Assembly: GCA_034520945.1 (NCBI GenBank)
Contig: JAXHNB010000006.1
Coordinates: 64,001 to 128,000 of the forward strand
DNA from: Trueperaceae bacterium
Lineage (GTDB): Bacteria; Deinococcota; Deinococci; Deinococcales; Trueperaceae
Direction: 5' to 3'
Length of the DNA: 64,000 bases
Positions 1 to 11,900 of the stretch are shown here, one piece after another; positions within the stretch are counted from its first letter, which is position 1, and every line of letters starts with the position of its first letter. The position numbers were made by a program, and so were the translations under genes. The notes under the pieces were generated by a model. It saw only the letters and a program-made list of their open reading frames with translations. It had not been told where the DNA came from and ran no database searches.

Positions 1-2
1 CG

Positions 3-995
3 GGCGGATCGTCCGGCGGCTCTGCCGCGGCCGTCGCCGCGGGCGTGGTCCCCATCGCGCTGGGAACCGACACCGGCGGCTCGGTGCGTCAACCCGCCTC
101 GTTCTGCGGCGTGCTGGGCTTCAAGCCGACCTACGGCACCCTGTCCCGCTACGGCGTGGTCGCCTACGCCAGCTCGCTGGACCAGGTCGGCGTGCTGGCC
201 CGCGACCCGCGCGACGTCGGCCTGGCGATGGACGCCATGGTCGGGCGCGATCCCTTCGACGCCACCACCGTGCCGGTCGAGGCCACCTTCGCCGCCGCGG
301 CCGAGCCCGGCGACCTGCGCGGGGTGCGCGTCGGCCTGATCCGCGAGTTGCTGGGGGAGGGCAACGATCCCGGCGTGAACGATGCCACGCACCGCACCGC
401 CGCGGCGCTGCGGGCCGCGGGCGCCGAGGTGCACGAGGCCGACGTCCCCTCCGCGCGCGCCGGCGTGTCCTGCTACTACCTGATCGCGTGCGCGGAGGCG
501 TCCAGCAACCTCGCCCGCTACGACGGCATGCTCACCGGCGTTCGGGTCGGCGAGGAGCACGAGGGACAAGAGGCCGTCATGACCGCCAGCCGCAGCGACG
601 GGTTCAACCTCGAGGTGCGCAGGCGCATCCTGATGGGCACCTTCGCCCTGTCGGCCGGGCACGTGGACGCCTGGTACGGGCGCGCCTCGCGCGTACGACG
701 CAAGGTCGCGGACGAGTTGGCCGCCGCCTTCGCAGGCGCCGACCTGCTGCTCAGCCCGACCGTGCCCAGTGCGGCGTTCGCGCTGGGGCAGCACGACCAG
801 GACCCGCTGGCGATGTACCTCGCCGACGTCGACACCTGCCTGGCGAACCTGGCCGGCCTGCCCGCCGTGAGCGTGCCGGCGGGACGGGACGAGCACGGGA
901 TGCCGTTGGGCGCGCAGCTGCTGGCACCCGCGCTTCAAGACGGCCGGCTGGTCCGGGCGGCGGCGGCGTTGGCCGACGGGGCCCAGGCGGGATAG
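3..995 (+). CDS. gatA: Asp/Glu-tRNA amidotransferase subunit A (5'-truncated by the window edge)
   Basis: Amidase signature GGSSGGSA...LGTDTGGSVRQPA, plus GatA-typical EASSNLARYDG and EVRRRILMGTFALS. Frame is open from position 3. Confidence 0.93.
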   Translation, partial: GGSSGGSAAAVAAGVVPIALGTDTGGSVRQPASFCGVLGFKPTYGTLSRYGVVAYASSLDQVGVLARDPRDVGLAMDAMVGRDPFDATTVPVEATFAAAAEPGDLRGVRVGLIRELLGEGNDPGVNDATHRTAAALRAAGAEVHEADVPSARAGVSCYYLIACAEASSNLARYDGMLTGVRVGEEHEGQEAVMTASRSDGFNLEVRRRILMGTFALSAGHVDAWYGRASRVRRKVADELAAAFAGADLLLSPTVPSAAFALGQHDQDPLAMYLADVDTCLANLAGLPAVSVPAGRDEHGMPLGAQLLAPALQDGRLVRAAAALADGAQAG

Positions 996-1060
996 GGCGA
1001 AGCAGGCCTGGCAGCGCGCCGGCGGCGTCGGGGGCGGGGCCCCATGCCGCCGGCAGCGTG

Positions 1061-1069
1061 TGCTATCCT
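1061..1069 (+). promoter_or_regulatory. Extended -10 promoter (TG-C-TATCCT) for the rpmH operon
   Basis: TGnTAnnnT motif about 195 nt upstream of rpmH. Confidence 0.55.
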
Positions 1070-1265
1070 CTTTCGGCTAGGCGTTCCCCGTCGCCGCCGT
1101 CACGGGTCGGTGACGGGTCCCTCGTGCGCATGAGCCTGCCGTGCGCGGGCCCCCGTGCATGGAACACGGCGCGAAGGCGGGCGCACGAGGCCGGGGCGCC
1201 CCAGGTCGGGACCGCCTCCATACCGCCGAACGGCATGCCCTCGAACCCCGGAAGGAGTCACCACA

Positions 1266-1409
1266 GTGAAGCGCACCTACCAGCCCAATCGCCGCAAGCG
1301 TGCCAAGACGCACGGCTTCCGCGTCCGCATGAAGACGAGCGCCGGACGGAACGTACTCAAGCGTCGCCGCCGCAAGGGTCGCACGCGGCTGTCCGTGTCC
1401 GACGCCTGA
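1266..1409 (+). CDS. rpmH: 50S ribosomal protein L34
   Basis: [25 protein letters not shown] start after GAAGGAG RBS. Confidence 0.98.
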   Translation: MKRTYQPNRRKRAKTHGFRVRMKTSAGRNVLKRRRRKGRTRLSVSDA

Positions 1410-1422
1410 GGCGGCCGTCCTG

Positions 1423-1773
1423 GTGGCGCCGGCGCTGCGTTCGCTCAAGGGCGACCGCGCCTTCCAGAGGCTCCGCAAGGGCCACAGCGGGGGCGCGCGC
1501 CTGCTCAGCGTCCGGTGGCGTCCCAGCCGAGAAGAAGGAGTGCGCGTGGGCATCGTGGTCAGTCGCAAGGTCGGAAACGCCGTGGTCCGCAACCGGGTCC
1601 GCCGCCGCTTGCGCGAAGCGTTGCGGACCGAGCTGCGCGCGCGCCGCCCGGACGGCGCGGACGCACCCGGCCGGGACGTGATCGTGATCGCACGCCCCCA
1701 AGCGGCGCAGGCCGACTACCACGCGCTGGCCGCGGCGTTGGGCAAGGCGCTGGACCGGAGCAAGTTCACGTGA
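1423..1773 (+). CDS. rnpA: Ribonuclease P protein component
   Basis: [25 protein letters not shown] (RNR motif); follows rpmH. Confidence 0.96.
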   Translation: MAPALRSLKGDRAFQRLRKGHSGGARLLSVRWRPSREEGVRVGIVVSRKVGNAVVRNRVRRRLREALRTELRARRPDGADAPGRDVIVIARPQAAQADYHALAAALGKALDRSKFT

Positions 1774-2078
1774 GCGCGCCCGCGCGTCCCGGTCAGGACA
1801 CGCACCGTGGCCCCGGCGATGTGGCCAGGCGCGTGGTGGTGGCGCCGATCGCGGCGTACCGGCGTTGGATCTCGCCGCTCAAGCCGGTGCCTACCTGCCG
1901 TTTCCATCCCACCTGCAGCGCCTACGCCCAGGAGGCAATCTTGACGCATGGCATCCTGCGCGGGACGGTGTTGGCCGTGCGGCGCATCCTGAAGTGCCAT
2001 CCCTGGCACCCGGGCGGGTTGGACCCCGTCCCCGGCCGGCCGACGCCGCCCGAGTCCCACCTTCCGGAGGAATCGTGA
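1770..2078 (+). CDS. yidD: Membrane protein insertion efficiency factor YidD
   Basis: [20 protein letters not shown]...[20 protein letters not shown] overlaps the rnpA stop. Confidence 0.95.
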   Translation: MSAPARPGQDTHRGPGDVARRVVVAPIAAYRRWISPLKPVPTCRFHPTCSAYAQEAILTHGILRGTVLAVRRILKCHPWHPGGLDPVPGRPTPPESHLPEES

Positions 2079-3613
2079 ACCTGCGTACTTTGTTCGTCAC
2101 GCTGGCGCTGTTGGCGCCCGCTGCCGTCCACGCCGCGGAGTTCGGCGTGCACGACCACCTTTTCTCCGCGTTCCAGAACACGGACGAGGTGACGGCGGCA
2201 TGCGAAGCCGGCGACGAACTGTTCTTCTGCGGCCTTCGGGACGCCACGCTGACGCGCGTTCCCACCAAGGGCGTCGACCTGTTCTTCAGCCCCGCCGGCG
2301 AGGTGGTCGGGGCCTACGCCAAGCCGCGGAAGGGGCAGGAGTTCGGCGACTACTCGCTGGACCACCGCCAGAACCTGATCCCCGAGATGGCCGCGTTTCC
2401 CGGCGCCGCCGTGATGCTGGACGGCGCCTACCTGGAACCGACCGAGGTGGAGGGGTCGTGGACGCGCCTGAACGACGACACCGTCGAAGGCAACTTCCGC
2501 TACCGCGCCGGGCCGCTGGCCGTGCAGCGCACCATGCGCATCTCCAACGTGCGTCACACCATCGACGTGGACGTGCGCGTCGAACGGGTCGAGGAGGGCG
2601 AGGAGGCGCTCCCCGTCCAGGTGACGTACCCCGGCATCGGCAACGTCGACGACCCGGTGATCAAGATCGGCCAAGGACTGGGCGAGTCCGGCACCCACGC
2701 CACCGACCCGTTGGCCCAGCCGGTGCCCGACCCCAGCTACGCCAGCCTGCAGAACAACGACCGCAACACGGCGTTCGCGATCGTGCTGCGCCCCGCCGCC
2801 GCCGGGAACGAGGACCTCGCCGCCGTGCCGATGCCGCCCGACGCGGTGGCGTTCCAGACCGAACTGGCGCAGGGGGCCGGCAGCCAGGCGCGCCTGGCGC
2901 TCACCACCTACCTGGGTCCCAACGAGCTGGTCCGCTACCAGCAGGAGGGCTACGTGGAGCTGCCGGGGCTGTTCCGCCCCAACCTGTTGGGGCGGTTGTC
3001 GCTGGGCATCCTGTGGGTGCTGGTCAGCATCCACGACGTGGTCGGCAACTGGGGCCTGTCGATCATCGTGTTGACGCTGATGTTCCGCGCGCTGGTGTGG
3101 CCGTTGATCACCACCCAGACGCGGTCGATGTTCGGGATGCAGGAGCTGCAACCCAAGATCCAAGAGCTGCAGAAGAAGTACAAGGACGACCGCGAGACCC
3201 TCACGCAGGAGACGATGAAGCTGTACAAGGAGGCGGGCGTGAACCCGGCCGGGGGCTGCCTGCCGATTTTGCTCCAGATGCCGTTGTTCATCATCCTGTG
3301 GCGCGTGTTCGTCAACTTCGAGTTTTCCGAAGGGTTCCTGTGGGTGCCGGACCTGGGCCAGTCCGACCCGTACTTCATCCTGCCGATGCTGTACGTCGCC
3401 GTCATGTTCGGCATGTCCTGGTTTTCGTCGCGCGGCAACCCGCAGAGCCTGCGGCAGCAGATCTTGATCAACGTCGTGTTCGCCTTCATCCTGTTCGGCT
3501 TCCCCGCCGGCGTCCTGTTGTATTTCGTGGTGTCGATGGGCACCCAGGTGTTCCAGTACTGGTTGATCCAACGCGAGAAGGCACAGCGCAAGGCCGCGCA
3601 GGCCAAGGGATGA
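2075..3613 (+). CDS. yidC: Membrane protein insertase YidC
   Basis: [21 protein letters not shown] and [16 protein letters not shown] motifs; large N-terminal exported domain; conserved operon position. Confidence 0.95.
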   Translation: MNLRTLFVTLALLAPAAVHAAEFGVHDHLFSAFQNTDEVTAACEAGDELFFCGLRDATLTRVPTKGVDLFFSPAGEVVGAYAKPRKGQEFGDYSLDHRQNLIPEMAAFPGAAVMLDGAYLEPTEVEGSWTRLNDDTVEGNFRYRAGPLAVQRTMRISNVRHTIDVDVRVERVEEGEEALPVQVTYPGIGNVDDPVIKIGQGLGESGTHATDPLAQPVPDPSYASLQNNDRNTAFAIVLRPAAAGNEDLAAVPMPPDAVAFQTELAQGAGSQARLALTTYLGPNELVRYQQEGYVELPGLFRPNLLGRLSLGILWVLVSIHDVVGNWGLSIIVLTLMFRALVWPLITTQTRSMFGMQELQPKIQELQKKYKDDRETLTQETMKLYKEAGVNPAGGCLPILLQMPLFIILWRVFVNFEFSEGFLWVPDLGQSDPYFILPMLYVAVMFGMSWFSSRGNPQSLRQQILINVVFAFILFGFPAGVLLYFVVSMGTQVFQYWLIQREKAQRKAAQAKG

Positions 3614-3689
3614 GCGGGGCGCCCGGCGCGACCCGCGCGCCGTCTCCGGCACGGCCGTCGCGCCGCGCGACGGCAGGAAGGAATCCGAC

Positions 3690-4286
3690 GTGAACGACGG
3701 CAGCGACAAGGATCTCGACAAGACCCTGGCCGACCTCGGCATCGCCACCGACGACGACGCCGCGGCCGACCCCGCCCCGCAGCAGCAGAGCGACCTGGAG
3801 ACGCCGCTGCCGGTGCCGGGCGTGATTCAGGCCGAGGGCGACGCCCGCGAGCGCACCGAGACCTTCCTGGTGGGCCTGCTGCTCAACATCGACCCTAGCT
3901 ACGCGGTCGAGGTCACCCAGGCGGCCGACGACGAAGTGTCGGTCGAGATCCACGGTGGGGACGCCGGACGGTTGATCGGCAAGAACGGGCGCACCCTGGC
4001 CGCGCTGGAACAGATCGTCAACGCCGTCATCAACCGGCGCGACGACTCCAACGTCCGCGTCAACGTCGACGTCGGCGGGTACAAGCGCCGCCGCGACGAC
4101 CGCCTGCGCGGGCAGGCCGAGAAGACGGCCGACCAGGTCCGCACGCGCGGCCAAGCGATCGAGCTGGAACCGATGAGCGCCGCCGAGCGTCGCATCATCC
4201 ACATTACCCTGGCCGGCGACGCAGACGTGACCACCGAGTCGGTCGGGGAGGGTCGCGACCGGCGCGTGGTGGTTCGGCCCGCCTGA
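3690..4286 (+). CDS. khpB: KH/R3H RNA-binding protein (Jag/KhpB/EloR family)
   Basis: KH motif LIGKNGRTL and R3H motif LEPMSAAERRIIH; follows yidC. Confidence 0.9.
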   Translation: MNDGSDKDLDKTLADLGIATDDDAAADPAPQQQSDLETPLPVPGVIQAEGDARERTETFLVGLLLNIDPSYAVEVTQAADDEVSVEIHGGDAGRLIGKNGRTLAALEQIVNAVINRRDDSNVRVNVDVGGYKRRRDDRLRGQAEKTADQVRTRGQAIELEPMSAAERRIIHITLAGDADVTTESVGEGRDRRVVVRPA

Positions 4287-4297
4287 GCGCCGCGCCC

Positions 4298-5146
4298 ATG
4301 ACGGCGTTCCACGGGCTGGAAGCGCGGCTGCGGCGGGCCGGCGTCGCCGCCCCCGCCGCCGAAGCGTGGGCGATGCTGACCCACCTCGCCGGCCGGGACC
4401 GACTGGATTTGCTCACGGGCACGCCGTGGCACCCCTCCCCGGCGCAGAACGCCACGCTGCAGGCGTGGGTGCGCCGGCGCGCCGAGGGGCACCCGTTGCA
4501 ACACCTGCTCGGCGTGGCGCCGTTTCACGGCGTGGACCTGCAGGCGGGCCCGGAGGCGTTGGTGCCGCGTCCCGAGACGGAGGTGCTGGTCGAGCGCGTC
4601 CTGGAGGGGATCCGAACCGTGCCCACGCCGGTGGTGCTGGATCTGGGGACCGGCAGCGGCGCCGTCGCGATCGCCCTGGCCCGCGCGCGGCCCGACGCAG
4701 AAATCTGGGCCTCGGACGTGGCCGAGGAGGCGCTGGCGCTGGCGTCGCGCAACGCCCTGGCGCACGCCCCGGCCGTCCGGCTGGTGCGCGCGGACCTGTT
4801 CGACGCGCCGGCCCTGCAGGCGCTGCTGCCCCGCCTCGACGCCCTGGCCGCCAACCTGCCGTACCTGCCGGCCTCGGACGCGGCCGGGTTTTCCCGCGAG
4901 GTGCGGCACGACCCGCCGCACGCGCTGCTGGGCGGGCCGGACGGTCTCGAGCCGTTCCGCCGCGCCTGGCAGGGGGCCGTGACCCGCCTCCCGTCGCGGG
5001 CGCGCGCCTGGTTCGAGCTGGACCCCCGCAACGTGCACGCCGCCGCCGCCGAGGTCGAGGCGGGCCCCGGCGGGTGGCGCACGCGCGTGCACGACGACCT
5101 GGCGGGGCGGGCGCGGGTGTTGGAGGCGTGGCGGGGCGTGGGGTGA
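4298..5146 (+). CDS. prmC: Release factor glutamine methyltransferase (HemK/PrmC)
   Basis: PLQHLLG, LVPRPETE, LDLGTGSGA, NLPY and ALLGGPDGL motifs. Confidence 0.92.
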   Translation: MTAFHGLEARLRRAGVAAPAAEAWAMLTHLAGRDRLDLLTGTPWHPSPAQNATLQAWVRRRAEGHPLQHLLGVAPFHGVDLQAGPEALVPRPETEVLVERVLEGIRTVPTPVVLDLGTGSGAVAIALARARPDAEIWASDVAEEALALASRNALAHAPAVRLVRADLFDAPALQALLPRLDALAANLPYLPASDAAGFSREVRHDPPHALLGGPDGLEPFRRAWQGAVTRLPSRARAWFELDPRNVHAAAAEVEAGPGGWRTRVHDDLAGRARVLEAWRGVG

Positions 5147-5152
5147 CGTCCC

Positions 5153-5970
<818 letters not shown>

Positions 5971-5974
<4 letters not shown>

Positions 5975-7050
5975 TGCGCCTCCGTGACGAGCTTGCGGAT
6001 GTAGTCGTTGAACACCACCGCCAGCAGGAGCAGGCCGCCGAGGAAGACCCGGAACCAGTCGGTGTTCCACTGCGCGATGAAGATGCCCTGCGAGGTCATC
6101 CCGAACACCAGCGCGCCGAACACGGCGCCGACCGCGGCGCCGTACCCGCCGGTCAGGAGGGTGCCGCCGATCACGGCGACGATGATCGCCTCGAACTCCT
6201 TCAGCAGGCCGCGCGTCACGTCGGCCGAGCCCAGATCGAACACCTGCAGCAGCGCCAGGATGGTGGCGCAACTGGCGGTGCACATGAACAGCACCACCCG
6301 CACGCGCTCGACCGGCACGCCGACGTTGCGGGCGGCGTCGGGGTTGCCGCCGACGGCGAAGATCCAGTTGCCGAATCGCGTACGGCGCAGCACGTACACC
6401 GCGATGGCGGTGAGCCCCAACCACCAGTACACCGAGGCGGGCAGTCCCAGGAAGTCGAAGCTGAAGGCACGCCCGATCGGGTTGGCCTGCAGCACCTCGC
6501 GGGCCTCCATGCCGGTGGTGACGCCGGGCACGGTCCCGATGAAGGAGCGGACCGAGACCTGCGTCGTGCCGGTCACCAGGCGCGTCACGCCCAGCGTCAG
6601 GCCACGCAGGATGAAAAGAAATGCCAAAGATACGATGAACGACGGCAGGTTGGTGCGGTTCACGATGGTGCCGTTCACCCACCCGACCAGCAGGGCGAAC
6701 GCCATGGTGACGATGAACGCAAGCGGGATCGGCCAGCCCAGCTCCACCACCGGCAGCATGAACATCATGCCGGCCGCGGCGATCATCGAGCCGACCGACA
6801 GGTCGAAGCCGCCGCCGATCATCAACAGGGTGGCGCCCAGGCCCAGGATGCCGAACTGCGCCGACACCTCGAGCCAGGTGCGGATGCCGCGCGGGCTCAG
6901 GAAGCCCTTGTCGCCCGCTAGAATGGCAAAGAACGCGAAGATGATCAACGCGCCCGCGACCGCACCGAGCTCGGGGCGGACCAACAGGCGCTGCAGCCAC
7001 CCGACGCGGCGGACGCGTTCGTCTTGGCGGGGTTCGCTCGTGCGGGTCAC
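5971..7050 (-). CDS. Sugar ABC transporter permease (RbsC-like)
   Basis: [22 protein letters not shown] and [11 protein letters not shown]; multiple TM helices. Confidence 0.92.
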
Positions 7051-7074
7051 GATCGTTCGGCTGGGGGCCCGCTG

Positions 7075-7102
7075 CGGGGGCGGGCCGTGCGGCCCGCCCC
7101 CG
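7075..7102. terminator. Intra-operon GC hairpin downstream of the binding-protein gene
   Basis: CGGGGGCGGGCC-gtgc-GGCCCGCCCCCG, 12-bp perfect stem. Confidence 0.55.
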
Positions 7103-7114
7103 TGTGCGCGTGGC

Positions 7115-8062
7115 TCAGCGGATGCCTTCGGCGCTGAGGGTGATCACCTGCTGCGCGTTCTCGGGCGTCACGAACCCGGGCCCGGTCAGGATGACCTCGT
7201 TGGCGGGCAGCAGGCCGTACTGCACGTAGTTGACCGCCGTGATCACGGCCAGGTAGCCCTGCAGGTACTGCTGCTGGTCGATCAGGAACGACACGTCGCC
7301 CTCGACCGCGCCCTGCAGCAGGTCCGGCGCCAAGTCGAAGGTGCCGAACACGACGTCATTGGCCATGCCGGTCTCGCGCAGCGCCGCCAGCGTGGGGATG
7401 CCGCCCACCGGACCGGTGGCCAGGACCGCGTCGACGCCGCTGTCGCGCAGGGCGCCAATCACGGCGTTGCGGACCTCGACCGGGTCGGTCGAGACCGCCA
7501 GCACCTCGACGTTTCCGTCCAGGCCTTCCTCGAACCCTTCGCAGCGGAGGTCCAGCGCCACGTTGCCGACCTCGTGGTTCACGCACAACCCCTGCGTCGC
7601 GCCCATCTCGGCGGCGCGCCGACCGCCGCCCAGGCCGGCTTCGTACTCGGTCTGGCCGACGTGCCGCAGCACGCCGAGCTCCTGGAACACCTCGGAACCG
7701 GAGTTGATCGAGAACACCGGAATGCCGGCCGCGACGGCCTCTTGGATGGCCTCGCCCAGGGCGGCCGCGTCGGGGATGGAGACCACCAGCGCGTCGGGAT
7801 CGGAGGCGATGGCGGCCTGGATCAGCTGCGCCATCTGCGGCATGTCGAAGGTGTCGGGCGCCCGGTACTCGACGCGCGCGCCGGTGTCTTCCGCCGCCTG
7901 GTCGACGCCGTTGCGGACCACCGACCAGAACGGGTCGGCCGCGGCGCCGTGCGTGACGACCACGACGCGGATGTCCTCGCGTTCGGGGACGTCCTGCGCC
8001 ACGGTGGAGGCGGTGAACGCCACCAGGGTGAGGGCCAGGAGGGAGAACAGGACTCGTTTCAT
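7115..8062 (-). CDS. Sugar ABC transporter substrate-binding protein (RbsB-like fold)
   Basis: Signal peptide MKRVLFSLLAL...VAQ; DPFWSVV and IDQQQYLQGY motifs; AAGGAGAGG RBS. Confidence 0.92.
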   Translation of the reverse strand: MKRVLFSLLALTLVAFTASTVAQDVPEREDIRVVVVTHGAAADPFWSVVRNGVDQAAEDTGARVEYRAPDTFDMPQMAQLIQAAIASDPDALVVSIPDAAALGEAIQEAVAAGIPVFSINSGSEVFQELGVLRHVGQTEYEAGLGGGRRAAEMGATQGLCVNHEVGNVALDLRCEGFEEGLDGNVEVLAVSTDPVEVRNAVIGALRDSGVDAVLATGPVGGIPTLAALRETGMANDVVFGTFDLAPDLLQGAVEGDVSFLIDQQQYLQGYLAVITAVNYVQYGLLPANEVILTGPGFVTPENAQQVITLSAEGIR

Positions 8063-8265
8063 GCGATGCCTCTCCTTTCGAGTGCGGGCGTGGCCCGCCA
8101 AGACGTACCTACGTCGCGAACACGCCCGCCCGCGCGTCGTGCGCGAAGAGGCGGTGCAACCGCGTCCAGAATGGTCTGTAATCATGCATGGTAGCAGGAC
8201 GGCGTGCCGGCGTGGGCGGGTGCGTCACCGGTTCGCGCGCCGCCGCTCGGTTCGCGCGCCGGCGC

Positions 8266-8790
8266 TCAGCTCCCCGCGTCGTCGCGGGGGGTGCGCCGCG
8301 CGTCTCGCTCGGGGTCGGGCCCCAGCCAGGCGACCAGCACCAGCAGCGTCGCGCCGACCACGATCAGCGCATCCGCCAGGTTGAACACCGGGAAGTCGAA
8401 CCAGCCCACCTCGAAGTGCACGAAGTCCACCACGTACCGCAGGCGGAAACGATCGATCATGTTGCCGGTGGCGCCGGCCAACACCAAGCCCAGGGACGCG
8501 CGCGTCAGCGCGGGCAGCTCCGGGCCGCGGCGCAACAGGTAGACGCTCAACCACACCGCCACCGCCAACGAGGCCAGCGCCAACAGCAGCGTCCCGTCCA
8601 GCGTGACGCCGAACACGGAGACCTCGACGCCGCGAAGCATGCCGAACGCCGCGCCGGTGTTGCGTACGTAGGTCAGGGTGAAGCCGAGCCCCAAGGGCAT
8701 ACCGCCGCCGCCGGCCGCGAAGGTCGCACTGGCCCACGCCTTGGTGGCTTGGTCCAGCGCCACCAGGAGGGCGGCCACGGCGAAGGTCAT
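8266..8790 (-). CDS. lspA: Lipoprotein signal peptidase II
   Basis: DQATK, NTGAAFG, GNMIDR, VVDF and FNLAD motifs; start placed 7 nt after TACAAT. Confidence 0.96.
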   Translation of the reverse strand: MTFAVAALLVALDQATKAWASATFAAGGGGMPLGLGFTLTYVRNTGAAFGMLRGVEVSVFGVTLDGTLLLALASLAVAVWLSVYLLRRGPELPALTRASLGLVLAGATGNMIDRFRLRYVVDFVHFEVGWFDFPVFNLADALIVVGATLLVLVAWLGPDPERDARRTPRDDAGS

Positions 8791-8912
8791 GACGCGCATT
8801 GTACCGGCCGGGACGCGGCACGTCGTCGCGCGGTCCGTGGGTATGGTGGGCCCGAATCCCAGCAGGCGAGGTCCGCGCGGCGGGCCGTACGCAGGAGAGG
8901 CGGAACCCCCCC

Positions 8913-11900
8913 ATGCCAGCCACCCTCGAACAGGTTCGCGCCCGCATCACGGCGGGCGAGGATGCGGACGGGTCGTACCTCGCGGACTTCGCGGAGGCGT
9001 TGTTCGAGAAGGCCGACCCGGCCTTCTTGGAGGCGTTCGACGCCGACGCGATGGTGGCCATGGCGCGCAGCGGTCTGACGTTCCTGGACCGGCGCGGGGG
9101 CGACGGTCCGGTGGTGGAGGTGCTCGACCCCAGCTCCCAGACCGACGGCTGGGAGGGACGGTTCACGGTGGTGCGCCTGACGATGCGGGACCGGCCGTTC
9201 ATCGTCGACTCGGTCCGCGCCGAGTTGATGCGGCAAGGGGTCGGCCTGTTCCACCTGCTGCACCCGATCTACCACGTCGTGCGCGACCCGGAGGGGCGGA
9301 TCCAGACGCTGGGCGATCGCGTCCCCGAAGGGACGCCCGAAGCGTTCGAGATGTACTTCGTCGAGGGGTTGGACGCCGAGGAGGACCGCGCCCGCCTGCA
9401 AGGCGGCATCACCCGCGTGCTGGGCGACGTGGAGGCGGCCACCGACGACTACCATCCCATGCTCACGCGGGCGGTCGAGGTGCGCAACGGCCTGCGCGCC
9501 GTCCGGGAGGGGATCCAGGACGGCGCGAACGCCGATCGGGCCGCGGAACTGGAGGAGTACGAGGCGTTCCTGGACTGGTTGCGCGAGGACCACTTCGTGT
9601 TCCTCGGCTACCGGGAGTACGACATCGTCACCGACGATGGAACGGCGATGCTGCAGGTCACGCGGGGGTCGGGGCTCGGCATCCTGCGCGACACCGAGGC
9701 CAGCACCTACGCCCGGCCGGTGTCGTTGGACGACCTGCCGCCCGGCCTGCGGGAGCGCGTCACCGGCGGGCATCCCCTGATCGTCACCAAGACCAACACC
9801 GAAGCGACGGTGCACCGCGCGGCCCGGATGGACTACGTCGGCGTCAAGAAATTGGACGAGGCGCTGCAGGTCCAGGGCGAGCAGCGCTTCCTGGGCCTGT
9901 TCACCTCGAAGGCGCTGTCGACCCCCGTGGGCGAGACGCCGATCCTACGGCGCAAGTTGCGCGGCGTGCTGCAGATGGACGACGCGCTGCCCGGCTCGCA
10001 CGACTACAAGGAGATCGTCACCGTCTTCGACTCCATGCCGCGCTCCGAGCTGTTCTGGTCGGACACGGCGCAACTGCACCGCGACATCCGCACCGTGATG
10101 GCGCTGGAACAGGAGCGCGGCGTCAAGCTCACGGTCCGCCCCGACCCGCTGCAGCGCGGCCTCGGCGTGATGGTGATCATGCCGCGCGAGCGCTTCGACA
10201 CCGACGTGCGGCGCCGCATCCAGCGGCACCTGGCGCGCCGGCTCCAGGCCCGGCACGTCGATTACCACCTGGCGATGGGCGAGGACGAGGCCCAGGTCCG
10301 CTTCCACTTCTTCTTCTCCACCGACCTGCGGCGTGAGGACGTCGACGTGCGCGCGCTGGACCGCGAGGTGGCCGAGCTGTCGCGAAGCTGGGACGATCAC
10401 GTGCGCGAGCAGCTGGACGACGCCCACGGCACCCATGCCGGTAGGCGCCTGGCCGAACGCTACCTGCCCCGCATGGACGATCGCTACAAGGCGGACGCCC
10501 GTCCCGCCCAGGCGGTGCGCGACATCGCCAACCTGGAGGCGTTGGGCGACGAGGTGGCCCGCGTCGACCTGCTGGACGCCGTTCAAGACGCCGAGGCCGG
10601 TCAGGTGTCGATCCTGAAGGTCTACCATCACCGCCCCACGCTGGTGCTGTCCGAGGTGCTGCCGGTGTTGGAGAACCTGGGCCTGCGGGTGTTGGAGCAG
10701 GTCGCCTACCCCCTTCGCGACGGTGACGGCGTCCGCGGGATCGACGTGTTCCGCGTGCAGGACGCGCGGGGCGGCACGCTCGACGTGCGGCGCGACGGCG
10801 AACGGCTGGTGGCGGCGCTGGAGCGCCTGCTGGCCGGTGGGGTGATCAGCGACCGTCTGAACCGGCTGGTGTTGCGGGCCGGCGTCTCCTTGCGGCAGGT
10901 GGCCCTGGTCCGCGCCTACCAGATGTACTACACCCAACTGAACGCGGCCACCAGCCGCAGCTTCGTCAACGACGCGCTCCTGGCGCACCCCGCCGTGGCC
11001 GCCGCCCTGCTTCGCTATCACGACGCTCGCCTGGACCCGTCGCTCCAGGCGCCGCGCGAGGAGGCCATGGAGCGTACGGCGACCGACTTCCACGAGGCGC
11101 TGGGGGAGGTGAGCTCCCTGCCGGAGGACCGCACGCTGCGCGGGCTGTTCGACCTGATGCAGGCGACCGTGCGCACCAACTACTACGCGGGCTCGCCCCT
11201 GATCGCCTTCAAGATCGCCTCCGATCGCGTGGCGGAGATGCCCGAGCCGCGCCCCATGTTCGAGATCGGCGTCAGCGGCTACGGCGTGGAGGGCACGCAC
11301 CTCCGGGGCGGACGGGTCGCGCGGGGCGGCATCCGTTGGTCGGACCGGCCCGACGACTTCCGCACCGAGATCCTGGGCCTGATGAAGACGCAGATGACCA
11401 AGAACGCCGTCATCGTGCCGGTGGGATCCAAGGGCGGGTTCGTCGTCAAGCACGCGCCCAGCGACCGGGAGGCGCTGCGCGGCTACGTCGAGGCCCAGTA
11501 CCGCGCGTACGTCGGCGCGCTGCTGGAACTCACCGACGACCGCGACGGCGACGAGATCGTTCACCCCCCCGGCATGGTCGTGCACGACGAACCGGACCCC
11601 TACCTGGTGGTCGCCGCCGACAAGGGAACCGCCAGCTTCAGCGACACCGCCAACGAGGTCGCCTTTGAACACGGCTACTGGCTGGGGGACGCCTTCGCGT
11701 CGGGCGGCAGCCACGGCTACGACCACAAGGAGGAGGCCATCACCGCCCGCGGCGCCTGGAGGGCGGTCGACCGCCACTTCCGCGAGATGGGCCTGGATTC
11801 CGCGCGCGACACCTTCACCGTGGCGGGCATCGGCGACATGTCCGGCGACGTGTTCGGCAACGGGATGCTGCACACCCCCACCCTGCGCCTGCAGGCGGCG

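Noticed and set aside
996..1265. oriC or dnaA next to rpmH
   Set aside because: The upstream gene is gatA, and there are no TTATCCACA boxes or AT-rich unwinding element.
1266..1773. Thermus-style rnpA fully overlapping rpmH out of frame
   Set aside because: The rnpA frame has a TGA at 1330-1332 inside rpmH, so the two genes are conventionally tandem.
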